64,000 nucleotides of DNA from Octopus vulgaris. Lineage: Eukaryota. The position numbers and the translations under genes were made by a program. Location: positions 175,708,001 through 175,772,000 of the forward strand of contig OX597815.1 in the NCBI GenBank assembly GCA_951406725.2. The letters are read 5' to 3'. The notes under the pieces were generated by a model. The model worked only from the letters and a program-made list of their open reading frames with translations, ran no database searches and was not told where the DNA came from. Within the stretch, counting starts at the first letter, position 1. Every line of letters begins with the position of its first letter. Shown one piece after another: positions 53,087 to 64,000 of the stretch.

Positions 53087-53346
53087 TTGTATACTGTCAA
53101 CTTAACGTGAGAGTCCCGTAAAGGGAATCACACCACCGCTATTTAGCCCTAGGAAGCATCGACGCTTCCTGTCGGCTTTGACACATTCCCTGTGTCCTTA
53201 TTTTTGCGAAGGGGAGGCAAACACCCCCGCCAGCTAGGGCTTGCACTTAGCCGACAAGAAGCGTCGATGATTCCTAGGGCTAAATAGCGGTGGTGTGATT
53301 CCCTTTACGGGACTGTCACGTTAAATTGACAGTATACAACCACTCT
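53080..53346. mobile_element. MITE-like fold-back, 98-bp arms, 71-nt spacer
   Basis: 53080-53177 pairs with 53249-53346 with few mismatches. Confidence 0.92.
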
Positions 53347-54934
53347 ATCGCCCCACCACCGCTCATGTCTCTCTGAGACAATTAGAAATTCAATATTTCT
53401 AATACACACACACACATATATATATATACATACATACATACACACACACACATAAACCAACACACACGTATACCATATGTTTCTCTTTGCGTACGTATGC
53501 GTGTGTTTTCAAAATGCAAACAACGTTTGAAAAAAACATGAATTTGCGATACTTTGATATGATGTTCTTGAAACAACCCACGAAATAGGTTATTCATTGA
53601 ACAGAAAACTGATCTTTTCAAAGTTATTATATCTATTTTACAGTGTTTTGCTAAGTTGTTAAATGAACATGTTGACTGTCAGCGAACTGCATCAATGATT
53701 CCCTAGTAGTTGTTAATAATACAATAACACCAGATTCCCATTATTCTGTCTAAATGTCTTTTTGTTGTCTAATCACTCAAAGTTATATGTTCAGGCTTAT
53801 AAGTGTTTTCTCAGTAATACGAGATGCAATCTTGAGATTACCGCTTAAGCTTTGGTACAGCGCTCCAAATCTAGTTAGCTCGACTACTCGTATTCTCTCT
53901 GCGAAATACGGTGTGCAGACAGCAACCTCCTTAGTATAATCGTTCTATCTTTAAAGTAGCAGTTAATTATATACTTCATATTTATCGTTTAGATCATTGT
54001 TATCTATTACTAGCAATTATATAAACAATATATATTTCTAGAGTGAACAGTTACTCAACAGGGTATTTCATGAAATACCGTTCAAGAACTAATTCCAATA
54101 CTAATTGGATGCGATAATAACATTTCTTATATATTTTTTTTATATAATTAAGTTAGAAACAAAGCATTTCCGTTGTGTCTTTAAATGACTTGATTTCCCG
54201 GGATCTTATCTCTAACAGCACAAAAGGAAAACGATTAAACAGAGTTCACCACGTAAATTTCAATATATTAAATACGTAACTGAAACAAACGGAAAGAACA
54301 TTATAAGATTTACGACACTGAAATATGAACTAAGGATATCAGACAGTGTTTCAAGGAAATTTGATTTAGTGTTTTTTCAATATAAAACTATTAGTTACAA
54401 ATGGACACTTAAATTTTCTACTGGAGATTTCTGGTGCAAGTTTCCTCTGATGATAAATCGTTTAGCCGAAAGAAGAAACGGAAAAGAGAGATAACTTCAT
54501 TTTGTATTGCTTCGAATAAATGATATTACGTAGAAGGGAAACAGGTAATGTCTGTTGACTTCCTATTGTCCTGGCTTAAGTCAAATTCATTATATATCAA
54601 CACATTTAAATTCAGAATACAGCAGCATTGCTAGTATTGTTTAAAAAAAAATGTAGTTGAAAACTCACAACAAACCAGGTATTTTGATGGTAAATATTAT
54701 TCAATAACTCAATATAACATTCCATGAGATAATTCTGTACAGAATATAGGATGCGCACAAAAGTTCTAACCTTTATTGAGTCACACAACCCATTAAGCTG
54801 TACATAACGTGCGCCGCATGGTTAGATGAGAAAACTCTTCGTAAATTTAAAACGGACCGTATTGAATTGAAAAGTCTGTCGACGTAAAACAGGCAATGTT
54901 AACAATACACACACACACGCATAAGTATTTGTAT

Positions 54935-55605
54935 AGGCTGACATACTTGAACACTCAGAGCTTGGCAGTAGGCCTTAAAATGAACTGCATGGAAATAGAA
55001 TACATGAAGTCGGAAGACGTAGCTCAAGGTCGAATAGAGGTGAAATCGAGGAGAAAAAAGGAGTATGTCTAATTAGGGTACATAGTGAATATATGTCCAG
55101 ATATGGATGCTGAAATCTCAGATAGAATAAGGGCAGGATGGAAGGTATTTACTATCAATAAAGGATGGGCTCAAAACAAAGACAAAACCATATGTGCCAG
55201 ACTCTTCAATAGCTCTGTCCTACCTGCACCCTCATACACAAGGGAGATGTGGTCACTACGAAGAGGATAGAACATTGATTGGCTACAATGATTGGCCATG
55301 GAAAAATCCGTGCTTGGATTATCATTACGAGAATAGATTCGAAATGAGATCATTCGAGAATGGAGCGGAGTGAACGATGTGATTGCAGAATACCAAAGTC
55401 ACAAGTTCCACTGGGTCAGACATGTTGCGAGGTTTACAGACAACAAATGGACCCGTGCAGTTGCTGAGTGGTACCCAAGAGATCGGAAACTGTCGCTTGG
55501 AAGGCCTCCATGACCATAGGAAGATGATTTAGTCAAGCAATTTATGTATGTATTGATTCATGAGAAATGAGAAATTACAGGACTCAATACAAATCTATAG
55601 CATTC

Positions 55606-55663
<58 letters not shown>

Positions 55664-55965
55664 TTCATATATTAATTATACATACATAAACATATACATA
55701 GACGAATGGATTACCTGGTATTGCTATTATTGTTTCATTGGAAATATTTATTGTGACAAAAGCATAATGCTATTAATCAGGTAATTATGTTACAAAGCTC
55801 CCAATTCGTTTGGCCACCAAATCAACAAGTGATTTGACCATAGGAAGATGATTTAGTCAAGCAATTTGGGTCAAGATGGAAAAGACTGGCGCAATCCAGA
55901 CAAAATTGGAAGTGCATTGTGACGAGTGGTGTACAACAGAATCTGTTGGTCTGGTTGACATTGTA
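54935..55965 (+). mobile_element. RTE-clade LINE 3' portion (pseudogene)
   Basis: EISDRIRAGWKVF, LFNSSVLP, IRNEIIREWSGV, HWVRHVAR, WYPRDRK...GRPP. Confidence 0.92.
55544..55834. repeat. 291-bp insert, inverted copy of 57242-57535, flanked by a 33-bp direct repeat
   Basis: tgaccataggaagatgatttagtcaagcaattt at 55511-55543 and 55835-55867. Confidence 0.93.
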
Positions 55966-56100
55966 ATATGTATATGCATATGCATTTGTTTTGCAAGTTT
56001 CTTGATGTAAAATCGCATGCTGAAACTAATATTGCTATACTTGGAGATGGTCATCTTTTGCCAATTAAACACACATACCATTTGATGTACACTTCAGCTT

Positions 56101-56462
56101 TATTATCTCCGCCTTAGTGAAGGTGGAGGCATTGTTTTCAATTGGGTTTGTTTGTCAATGGACAAGATATCTCAAGAACCACTGGATGGATTCGGATGAA
56201 ACTTTCAGGGATGTTTGGCCTCATGATTGGCACGACCTAATTAGATTTTGGGATCGATCCGGTACTGGACGAGGATTCCGGATTATTTTTCCTGTTTCTT
56301 CATTTAAATTTTGAAAACGGTCGGGTTCATTTTTAGTATTCTCGTTTGTGAGAGCAGGCGAGCTTATTTTTCAGGTATTCTCATTTAAAAAATCATATCT
56401 GGCTAATCGTTGAGAGGACGTTGGTGTTGCATTGGCGGAGGTTTCCGCTCTCTGAGTGCTCT
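56101..56462 (+). mobile_element. Non-autonomous Helentron-type (HINE/DINE-like) element
   Basis: 5' palindrome ctccgcctt-agtg-aaggtggag, 3' subterminal ggcggag, short 3' hairpin, T-rich flanks. Confidence 0.75.
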
Positions 56463-57412
56463 TTCTTCTTCTTCTTCTTCTTAGTTTAGTTGTCGAAGTA
56501 CTTTCGTCACACATTCTGTAATCTCTTCAACGACTTTCTGTTCCACGTGTCTCTTCTTGCCTTGCCTATTCCATTCTTCCATTACTCTATGGTGCACTTT
56601 CATTAGTCTAGGCTGCACACTGTTTTCTTCTTTATGCCCAAACCGTCTTCTTGTCAGTTTATGGACAACCTTCTCTCTAAGTGCTTTCTTTTTGCTTTGT
56701 TTCTATCCTCTTCTTCCTGTCTTTCTTTTCCTTCCATATCCACATGAATTTTCGCATTAAACTTCGCCAGTCAGCAGATTATGCCTTACGTTATTCTCTT
56801 TATATTATAATTATCAGAATCTCCATGAAGATATGCTAATATTCTACTGATTTTGGCAATATGTTTTCAGAACACTTTTGTCACGATTAACTGTAAAAAC
56901 AGCTAACACTAAATTTACAGTAAAGTAGTAAAACGAAGGGTTTTAGAGCAGCGCCGGCGGATGTATTGCAACATTTTCGATAGAGTCAAATGTCATTTTT
57001 TTAGTGCCGACTACCTGCTGTGTTTGAGTTAATTTTGCCATTACTGGCTTTTGTTGGTAAGGTTGCTAGACTTAATGAGTTTTTATGGATATTAATGCCT
57101 TTAACTGTCCTTATGTTCACAAATTTCCACCCCTGCCTACCTCTCTAGATTGACAGGCTAAAAATACACCCATTTCATAAACGTAGGTAATTTTGTTTAG
57201 AAATTTCATTTGTTGATGATTTGTTCATTAATCAAGTCACTAATAACTTGTTGATTTAGTGGCAAAACAAATTGAGAGCTTTGTAACATAATTATCTAAT
57301 TAATAGCATTATGCTTTTGCCACAATAAATATTCCCAATGAAACAATAATAGCAATACCAGGTAATCCATTCCTCTATGTCTATGTTTATGTATGTATAA
57401 TTAATATATGAA

Positions 57413-57468
<56 letters not shown>

Positions 57469-57524
57469 TTAAGAATGCTATAGATTTGTATTGAGTCCGG
57501 TAATTTCTCATTTCTCATGAATCA

Positions 57525-57610
<86 letters not shown>

Positions 57611-57641
57611 TGAGAAACAAGAGGTTGTCAGAATTTTGGAT

Positions 57642-57693
57642 AATTCTTTATTAGTGCTTTCATTCGTTAAGCGAACTCTTCAAGACAAAAATT
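57642..57693 (-). ncRNA. Hammerhead motif in inverted pseudo-LTR, variant core
   Basis: tttttgt-CTTGAAGA-gttcg cttaa cgaat-GAAA-gcac-TA-ataaaga. Confidence 0.55.
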
Positions 57694-59832
57694 AAAAACA
57701 AAATGATATAAAAACAGAACGTTTCCGTGTTCTTTTATGGGAATCAGATGTGAATCATGATTGGAAAAAAATACGTCATTAAAAATTGGAATAACTTCCT
57801 CGGTGATTGCGCCATCTTTTGGGAGAGATCACAACGAGAACCTACAAATATTTTATGACATAGTCAACACACTTCACCCATCCATCAAATTCACGACAGA
57901 AACCAGTTGCAGTGAATTACCATTCCTGGATATTCACATAAAAATAAACAACTTCACAATCACAACAGACATATTTTACAAACAAAAACGGACACGCACC
58001 AAAATTTGGATTTCTGCTCTTGCCATCCTCCACATTTCAAAGGGTACATCTCATTCAGCACAAAAGCTTCCTAACAAAACAGAAATACTCCGTAGAATTA
58101 ATAAAGGAGGGAATTAAAAAGGGGATTAAAACTGAGCATCACACAACTAAGGACAAAAAAGAAAAAATTAATGAACACACGATTCCATTTATCAATATGC
58201 ACAATCCTTGGGTAGCCAACATCTTGCCCACCATAAAATAAAACCTACCTATATTTCTACAAAGCACCGAAAATAAAAAAAATCTGATTGATAAAAATTC
58301 AAGAGCGGATTCTCGATCAAAGTGAATACAGATATGAACTGCAAGACGCAGAATATCATATACTGCAAAGAAAATTAACATTGGCGAAACAAACAATTCC
58401 CTCTGCCAACGTGCAAGAATTCACAGACAACACATTCGACAAGAGGAATTGAGTAAGATTCCACCGAGGAAGCATCTAGAAATATGCGGTGAAGGAAAAT
58501 TCAAAATCTTTCCCTTTTACAATTGTTCAAGATATGACCCAAAATTCCAACAAGCAATGGAGCTACACTTCAACAAGAAACTCTCTCCAAAATGAAATGC
58601 TTGAAAGAGAAGCAGAGAAACTACATCTTTATAATTATCTTTTTAATAGAAATGATGAAGGATGAAGAGAAAACATTTATATTACTCTGTTACTGTTGTT
58701 TCTGAATGTTGATAACCTGATGCTCATTTTTATTTATTCTAACCAAATAAACGGTCAGATATATGCATAACGGGATTTGGGCAGCTGTGGTTTTTATAGA
58801 CTCACAATACTAACACACTTGAGTCACTTTACCACTGATTAAGAAAGATATCTAATGTAGCTAATTCGCAAAGTAATTCATGTAAAATATCTCTTTTGAA
58901 TCATTTTATCCATATAAGCAAGAAAAATAAATCCTACAAAATGATGAAAGATACTCAAAAATACATTTAAGCAGGTCCTGCTTTGTTATATAATTCATAT
59001 CCTACAGAGTGGCGCCCAGCTAAATATACAACATACATGTTATTATACAACTCATTTATGACGTTTGATTAAATGTAGAGAGAAGAGACTGAATTATAAA
59101 CAATACCGCACTCAAATTATTCTTTGCATTCTGACTTTATTTTCCTAATTTATGAATGTTGTACTCATTTAGTGTTCGTTTGAGCAGAACATGGAATTAC
59201 ACAGAATATAGGAATTGGCTCTACAGCTGTGAAGGAATTTACATTTGCATTGGACTTTGAACTCTTTTTATTTTCAAACTTTACAGTGATGACTGCACCC
59301 GTCTAAGAATCAAAAACAATTCTTTTCTTCTTCCTCTCTTTCCTTATCTTTCCCATCCTACTTCCTAAAATTGACATCTTGAAAGGTCATCTATGAGAAA
59401 ATGCTTATTTACAAATATGTTGATAGGTATACAATAAGAAGGGAAGGAGGAGGAAGAGGTAAAAAAGAAAAGAAAAATGCTTTGTAATGAAATTTCAATT
59501 GGTTGACCACATCAAATTGAAAAGAAATCTCTCTCTCACTATTTATCCATTCCTCCTTTATTTTTTTCCCTTTTCCTCAATTGCTCTTCTCCCCCAAATT
59601 TTTTTCTTTTTCCTCTCTTGTCTCTAACACAAACAATATAATTGAAAAGAAACCTTTCTCTCATTCTCACTTTTTCTTTCTTTTTACCCTTCTTCGCTTT
59701 TCCTTCTCGATTGTCCTGCTCCTTATCGTTTTTCTTTCTCGAGAAAAACTTTGTCCTCTTCTAAACAAACCAAAAACATCTGATTCACATAAAAGAGCAA
59801 AGAAACGTTTTGTGTTTTATCATTTTGGTTTT

Positions 59833-59880
59833 AAATTGTCTTGAAGAGTTCGGTTAACGAACGAAAGCGCTAATATTATC
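59833..59880 (+). ncRNA. Hammerhead motif, variant core, palindromic stem III
   Basis: CTTGAAGA-gttcg gttaa cgaac-GAAA-gcgc-TA; perfect 5-bp stem II. Confidence 0.6.
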
Positions 59881-60019
59881 CAAAAATTCTCCTTTTTCTC
59901 AATATACAATATCTGTACACCACTTCAAACACTTTATACATACACACGCATATATATGTGTGTATGTGTGTCTTTGTGTGTATTAGGAAATTGATTGTAG
60001 TGGCCGGTTAGAGAGCAGC

Positions 60020-60530
60020 AACATGTACTGTCTGATGAACCATAGGCCCTCTTTTACGATACCGGAAAGGCGCAACATTACATCCATGGCCAATCATGTG
60101 AGGCGTTTAAATGAGAAAGGAATCCCATACATGATACCTGGGGACTTGTATAAATGGAGCAGACAATGTAAGCTTTGCTTGGCAGAGATAGAAAAGGTCT
60201 TAAAAACATCGCTTGTCCCTGGAACATTTTTAAACATCAAGAAAGAAGTATTTAGTCAATGCCCGCAATCAAAACATTCTATTCGTTGAATAGAAACGCG
60301 ACAGCATCTTGGAAAATCGCCACGGCCGGAACCGATGTGAAGAAGTTAATCCCGTCCCACCTGTTAATATAGCCTGCACGGGTATATACTTTTGCTTACG
60401 AAACTGACTCATCATGACGTACTCCTCCCTCTAGTTATAGACAGGTTATGTGCCTTCGTACATTTAAGGCTGACAAGTCACCTATACTGCTAATCACTTT
60501 ATAGGCGCGAAACCAATGATCACTCTCTGA
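60020..60530 (+). mobile_element. PLE endonuclease C-terminus and decayed pseudo-LTR
   Basis: HRPSF...TSMANHV...CKLCLAE...LNIKKEVFSQCP resembles PLE C.LCL.EK...LNKR.E...C.H; degenerate ctgacaa...gaaa motif at about 60470-60512. Confidence 0.75.
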
Positions 60531-60617
60531 CCGGCCATAACAAGCAACTTCCTAAAAGATATATTACTGCTCTAATGTTTTTGAGTCTGCTCCTTTCTCG
60601 TACACATAAATTACTGA

Positions 60618-60655
<38 letters not shown>

Positions 60656-62299
60656 GTTTATGAATTTGTATTGCAAGATTCCTGATGTGAAATCGTGCGT
60701 TGAAACGGATATTATTATATATCAGGGTGGTCATTTTTTCCTAGCCAAATAAACTCCAGCACTATATAGTCGTTCTTCACGCTTTTATTGTTGTTCTTAT
60801 TTTATCCTATATAGAAATAGGGATTAACTTAATTCCTTAAAATTGGTTTATGAAATGAAAAATGTTTTAAAATTAAGACAATAGAAAAGTCTGAGACGCA
60901 ATAAATGGTGTTAACACAGAAAAACTGAGAATTGCACGCCAAAAAATCAATATGTCTCTAGGAATCATATCAGCGAAAAGAGATAATCTGCTTTTAATTT
61001 TCATAGATTACATTGTCTTCAGATTAATCAAGATAATTAGAAAAGATAACCGTTATCCTATAATTGTAGATGTTACTATTTTAGATCATATTTCGTCAGG
61101 ACAAATCGGTATTTTTCACGGCACTTAGTTGTATTTAAATCAGGAAATAGTTCTGGAATAAAGAAAATTGGATAGGCATATAGCAAATTGTTTCAAATTT
61201 CTTCGAAACACGTAATTTTGCCCAAAACTCATTCTTATAAATCCTAGATTAATATTTTAATGATTAAACAAACATTTACATGAAAACATGCATCACACAT
61301 TTTAATCGGCTGTAATTATCAGGTATGATTCCATATTCCACAAAAAGACTGTTGCAGTGAAAAATGAAAGATCAAGATAGATAGAGAGAAAAGGAGAGAG
61401 AGAGAGAGAGGGAGAGAGATAAAAGTTTTTAGACTTTGTTGACACATGTTTTACATAATATACATATTAGAAGAAGAGTTTAAGAGGTGATCCAAGCTAA
61501 CAGGTATGTGGTCTGAATGCTACAATTGATGAGCTACTAGGATCCAAGTTCAGAACGGGGGCTGGAGTTGTGTTAGCCACCGACCAGTAGGGAGAGAACT
61601 GGGGATCTGTAGTTCCGAGTAACAAATGAACTGATACGCTTGCCCTGCCTTGATTTTGTTTATTCTTCTTTTAATTTATATATATATATAAAGTATGTGT
61701 GTGTGTTGTAAGTAGAAGAAAGCTGTGATATTTAGATGTATGATAATTATTTTTGTCCTAATAACATCTAAAGCCTGTAATTTGTGTGTGCGTGTGTGTG
61801 TGAGTAGTGTGTGTCTGTATTCTGCCATTTTTGTGTGTACGCATATGTGTGCATTGTGTATCCCTTGTGCACGCATATCAGAACCGTGTTACCACCGCAA
61901 TACCACAAAGCCACTCCATATAAGTCATTACTTTCTAATTTGTCACGATAATCCTTTTGCTTGAACGTTGCCTCACCAAATTTCTTCACATTCTACATGA
62001 GAGGAAACAGAACTATCAAGAAAGAGAAATTCCCCCCTGCTAAAAGCTGCAAATTTTATTACATTTTAGATGTTAACTACTTTTCATATCAGTAGAAAAA
62101 TCAGAGAATCCAATCAGCCATATTTCAAACGAGACCTGTTACAAGATGATGGTCAGTTGCAAGAAGCCATGACGGAAGAAGCTGTTTAATAATTGCCTTA
62201 AAAAGTGCAAAGCATATTTGCAGTTTTATGAAAAACTTGTAGACTGATATCTTGTAATGATCTGCGGCTAAATATGGAGAAAACTAACCAAAGCGTCAA

Positions 62300-63130
62300 A
62301 CGCAGGAACACAACCCTGACGTTGTGATTCATTTCAGTAAACAGTAATAAGAGGCATTTTTCTATATGGTTGAGTCTGGAAGAAGAGTTAATGTCGTTGA
62401 CCTTGGCAGGCCGTCCATGACCGGTGAGATGGGTGCCATGAATGTTATTCTTCTACCTTTGTAAAGGAAATGCTGCGAGAAAGACACGATCGCAGAGGGA
62501 ACTTCAGAGGGCTGATATTCTGACGAAAGTGTGTGTGTGTGTTAATTAATATGATGCCTGGGGGATTGGCTATAATAAAAGTTATGAGAGGAAAAGAGAT
62601 GAATAAGACGTAAATGCCTGAGTGGAATTGGTTTGAGCCAAGCTAGATTAAAGGAGCTTAAATATGCCTTGCTTCATAGTAACCAACCTCAAGGGAACCA
62701 ATCAGTGAGTTCTATTATGGTGCTAATTCTCCAGCTTATTTTATGGCTGAATGTGAAATTCAGTGATTCATTGATGGGCATGGAGAACCATATTCTGAAG
62801 TAGAACTGCAGCCTTTTAAAACAATAGGTGAAGATACGTTTATCCCAAGAATGCCAACCATTCAATGTAACACGCTAATTAGCTGTAAGATAATTGCGCA
62901 TGGCAGAGCAGCTCAACGATGCAAGCAATCGTAGCACTGTACACCTGATGAGCTGGCACGTCGTGTATCAAATGCATTTTGAGGGTTTAGGCAGAAGAAT
63001 TTTTGGTTCCATTTCTTTGTATTTGTATGTCTTTGTATGACAGAATGTATGTGATCCGGCAACAGGCTGAGTATAGCTGTTGCCATAGTTTTATATTTTG
63101 TATTAATACTATGATGGAAAAAAAACGTCT
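62300..63130 (+). mobile_element. Possible decayed L1/Tx1 LINE 3' region
   Basis: GGL-like and HG...RCKQS...TVH zinc-finger-like remnants across frames. Confidence 0.3.
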
Positions 63131-63379
63131 GGCGATACGTGTGCATTCGTTGTTTTTCATCTTTTTACGTTGCTAATAGACTTGATAAAGGCAAGAACAT
63201 CAGGGAGTATAATACCCTCTCTTATAAATATATATATGTATGCAAAACAAAAATACATAATCTGAATGAAGTGAAAGTAATGTGGGATTTGTTAGTTATG
63301 GATAACTGAAGCTCAACTCAAGTTCACGCCTCTGTAGAATTGAATAAGAATTAAGACGTCTTATAGAAATAACTGAGAA

Positions 63380-63781
63380 ATGGTTGCCGAAAGAAAAACT
63401 TGAATTATATATAAGAAACATGCCAGCTTTTTACGTAAGCTTGTAAATCTCCGTAAATGTATGATACGAATGAGTTTCATTTAGTAGTCATAAGTTTTCA
63501 TTCAAATGTTGATTCGAGTGTATGATGTTAATTTTTCGGGGTTATCTCAAATTCCGTCTGCTAATATTCTGTTTACGCGCAGTAAATGATCCTCGAGCTA
63601 CTCTTATAAATGAACTTAAAAGATTACTTTATTAATTGTCTGTAACTGACTGTGAAAATGAACAAAAATGCGTAAGCAGAAGCGTCTGGGCCATTTGCAA
63701 ATATTCTAAAAATATTTTCTTTATAATCTACAATATGTCCTACTACAGCAATTCTTAATAATGTAGAATACGAGGAGATAC
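63380..63781 (-). pseudogene. Possible decayed MFS (SLC16-like) transporter fragment
   Basis: GISSYSTLLRIAVVGHIVDYK...AYAFLFIF and ILAD...EKLTS; weak by-eye similarity. Confidence 0.25.
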
Positions 63782-64000
63782 CTGGGAAATATAAAAAAAG
63801 CTACCCAAGGAAGATATCAACATATAGATGTTCCTGATTACATCTGCCCGAAAGTTTAAGAATGTGAACATCAACAAAATACTGCGAGAATGTGAAGATG
63901 TAAAAAGCAAAACAGATTTGCTTATTCCAGTAACATTCAAAAGTTATATACTGGTGGGTAAGTTTTTCTAAGGAATTGTTACAACAATAAAAGCTATGTA

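Larger units (their letters stand above)
57612..59902 (+). mobile_element. 5'-truncated Penelope-like element bracketed by inverted pseudo-LTR segments
   Basis: LHPSIKFT...LPFLDI...TDIFYK RT thumb; IGETNNSLCQRARIH endonuclease; 57612-57752 is an inverted homologue of 59776-59902. Confidence 0.85.

Noticed and set aside
62690-63010. IIAHGR...PDELARRV resembling a C80/caspase-fold protease
   Set aside because: In-frame stops; better explained as a decayed LINE zinc-finger region; the CTGATGAG at about 62945 also lacks a GAAA partner

Overview
AT-rich, microsatellite-dense eukaryotic DNA. The SINE families and repeat landscape suggest an octopod cephalopod (inference, no search run). I see no intact long ORF, rRNA, true tRNA or CRISPR array, and most ORF-track entries are microsatellite or antisense noise. 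The window is a layered transposon graveyard: three tRNA-derived SINE groups with visible head/tail shuffling, mariner, maT/DD37D and pogo remnants, two Helitrons, a Helentron-type element, a Gypsy-type solo LTR, RTE, CRE-like and Dong/R4 LINE ends, and several Penelope-like element (PLE) fragments. Points worth following up: (1) several hammerhead-ribozyme motifs in PLE terminal repeats, including one canonical copy, a repeated core variant and one copy lacking the ribozyme; (2) five long fold-back structures, one folding next to a hammerhead half; (3) a locally templated inverted insertion with a 33-bp target duplication; (4) a cryptic multi-exon minus-strand (pseudo)gene for a single-pass membrane protein at 13.0-16.2 kb.
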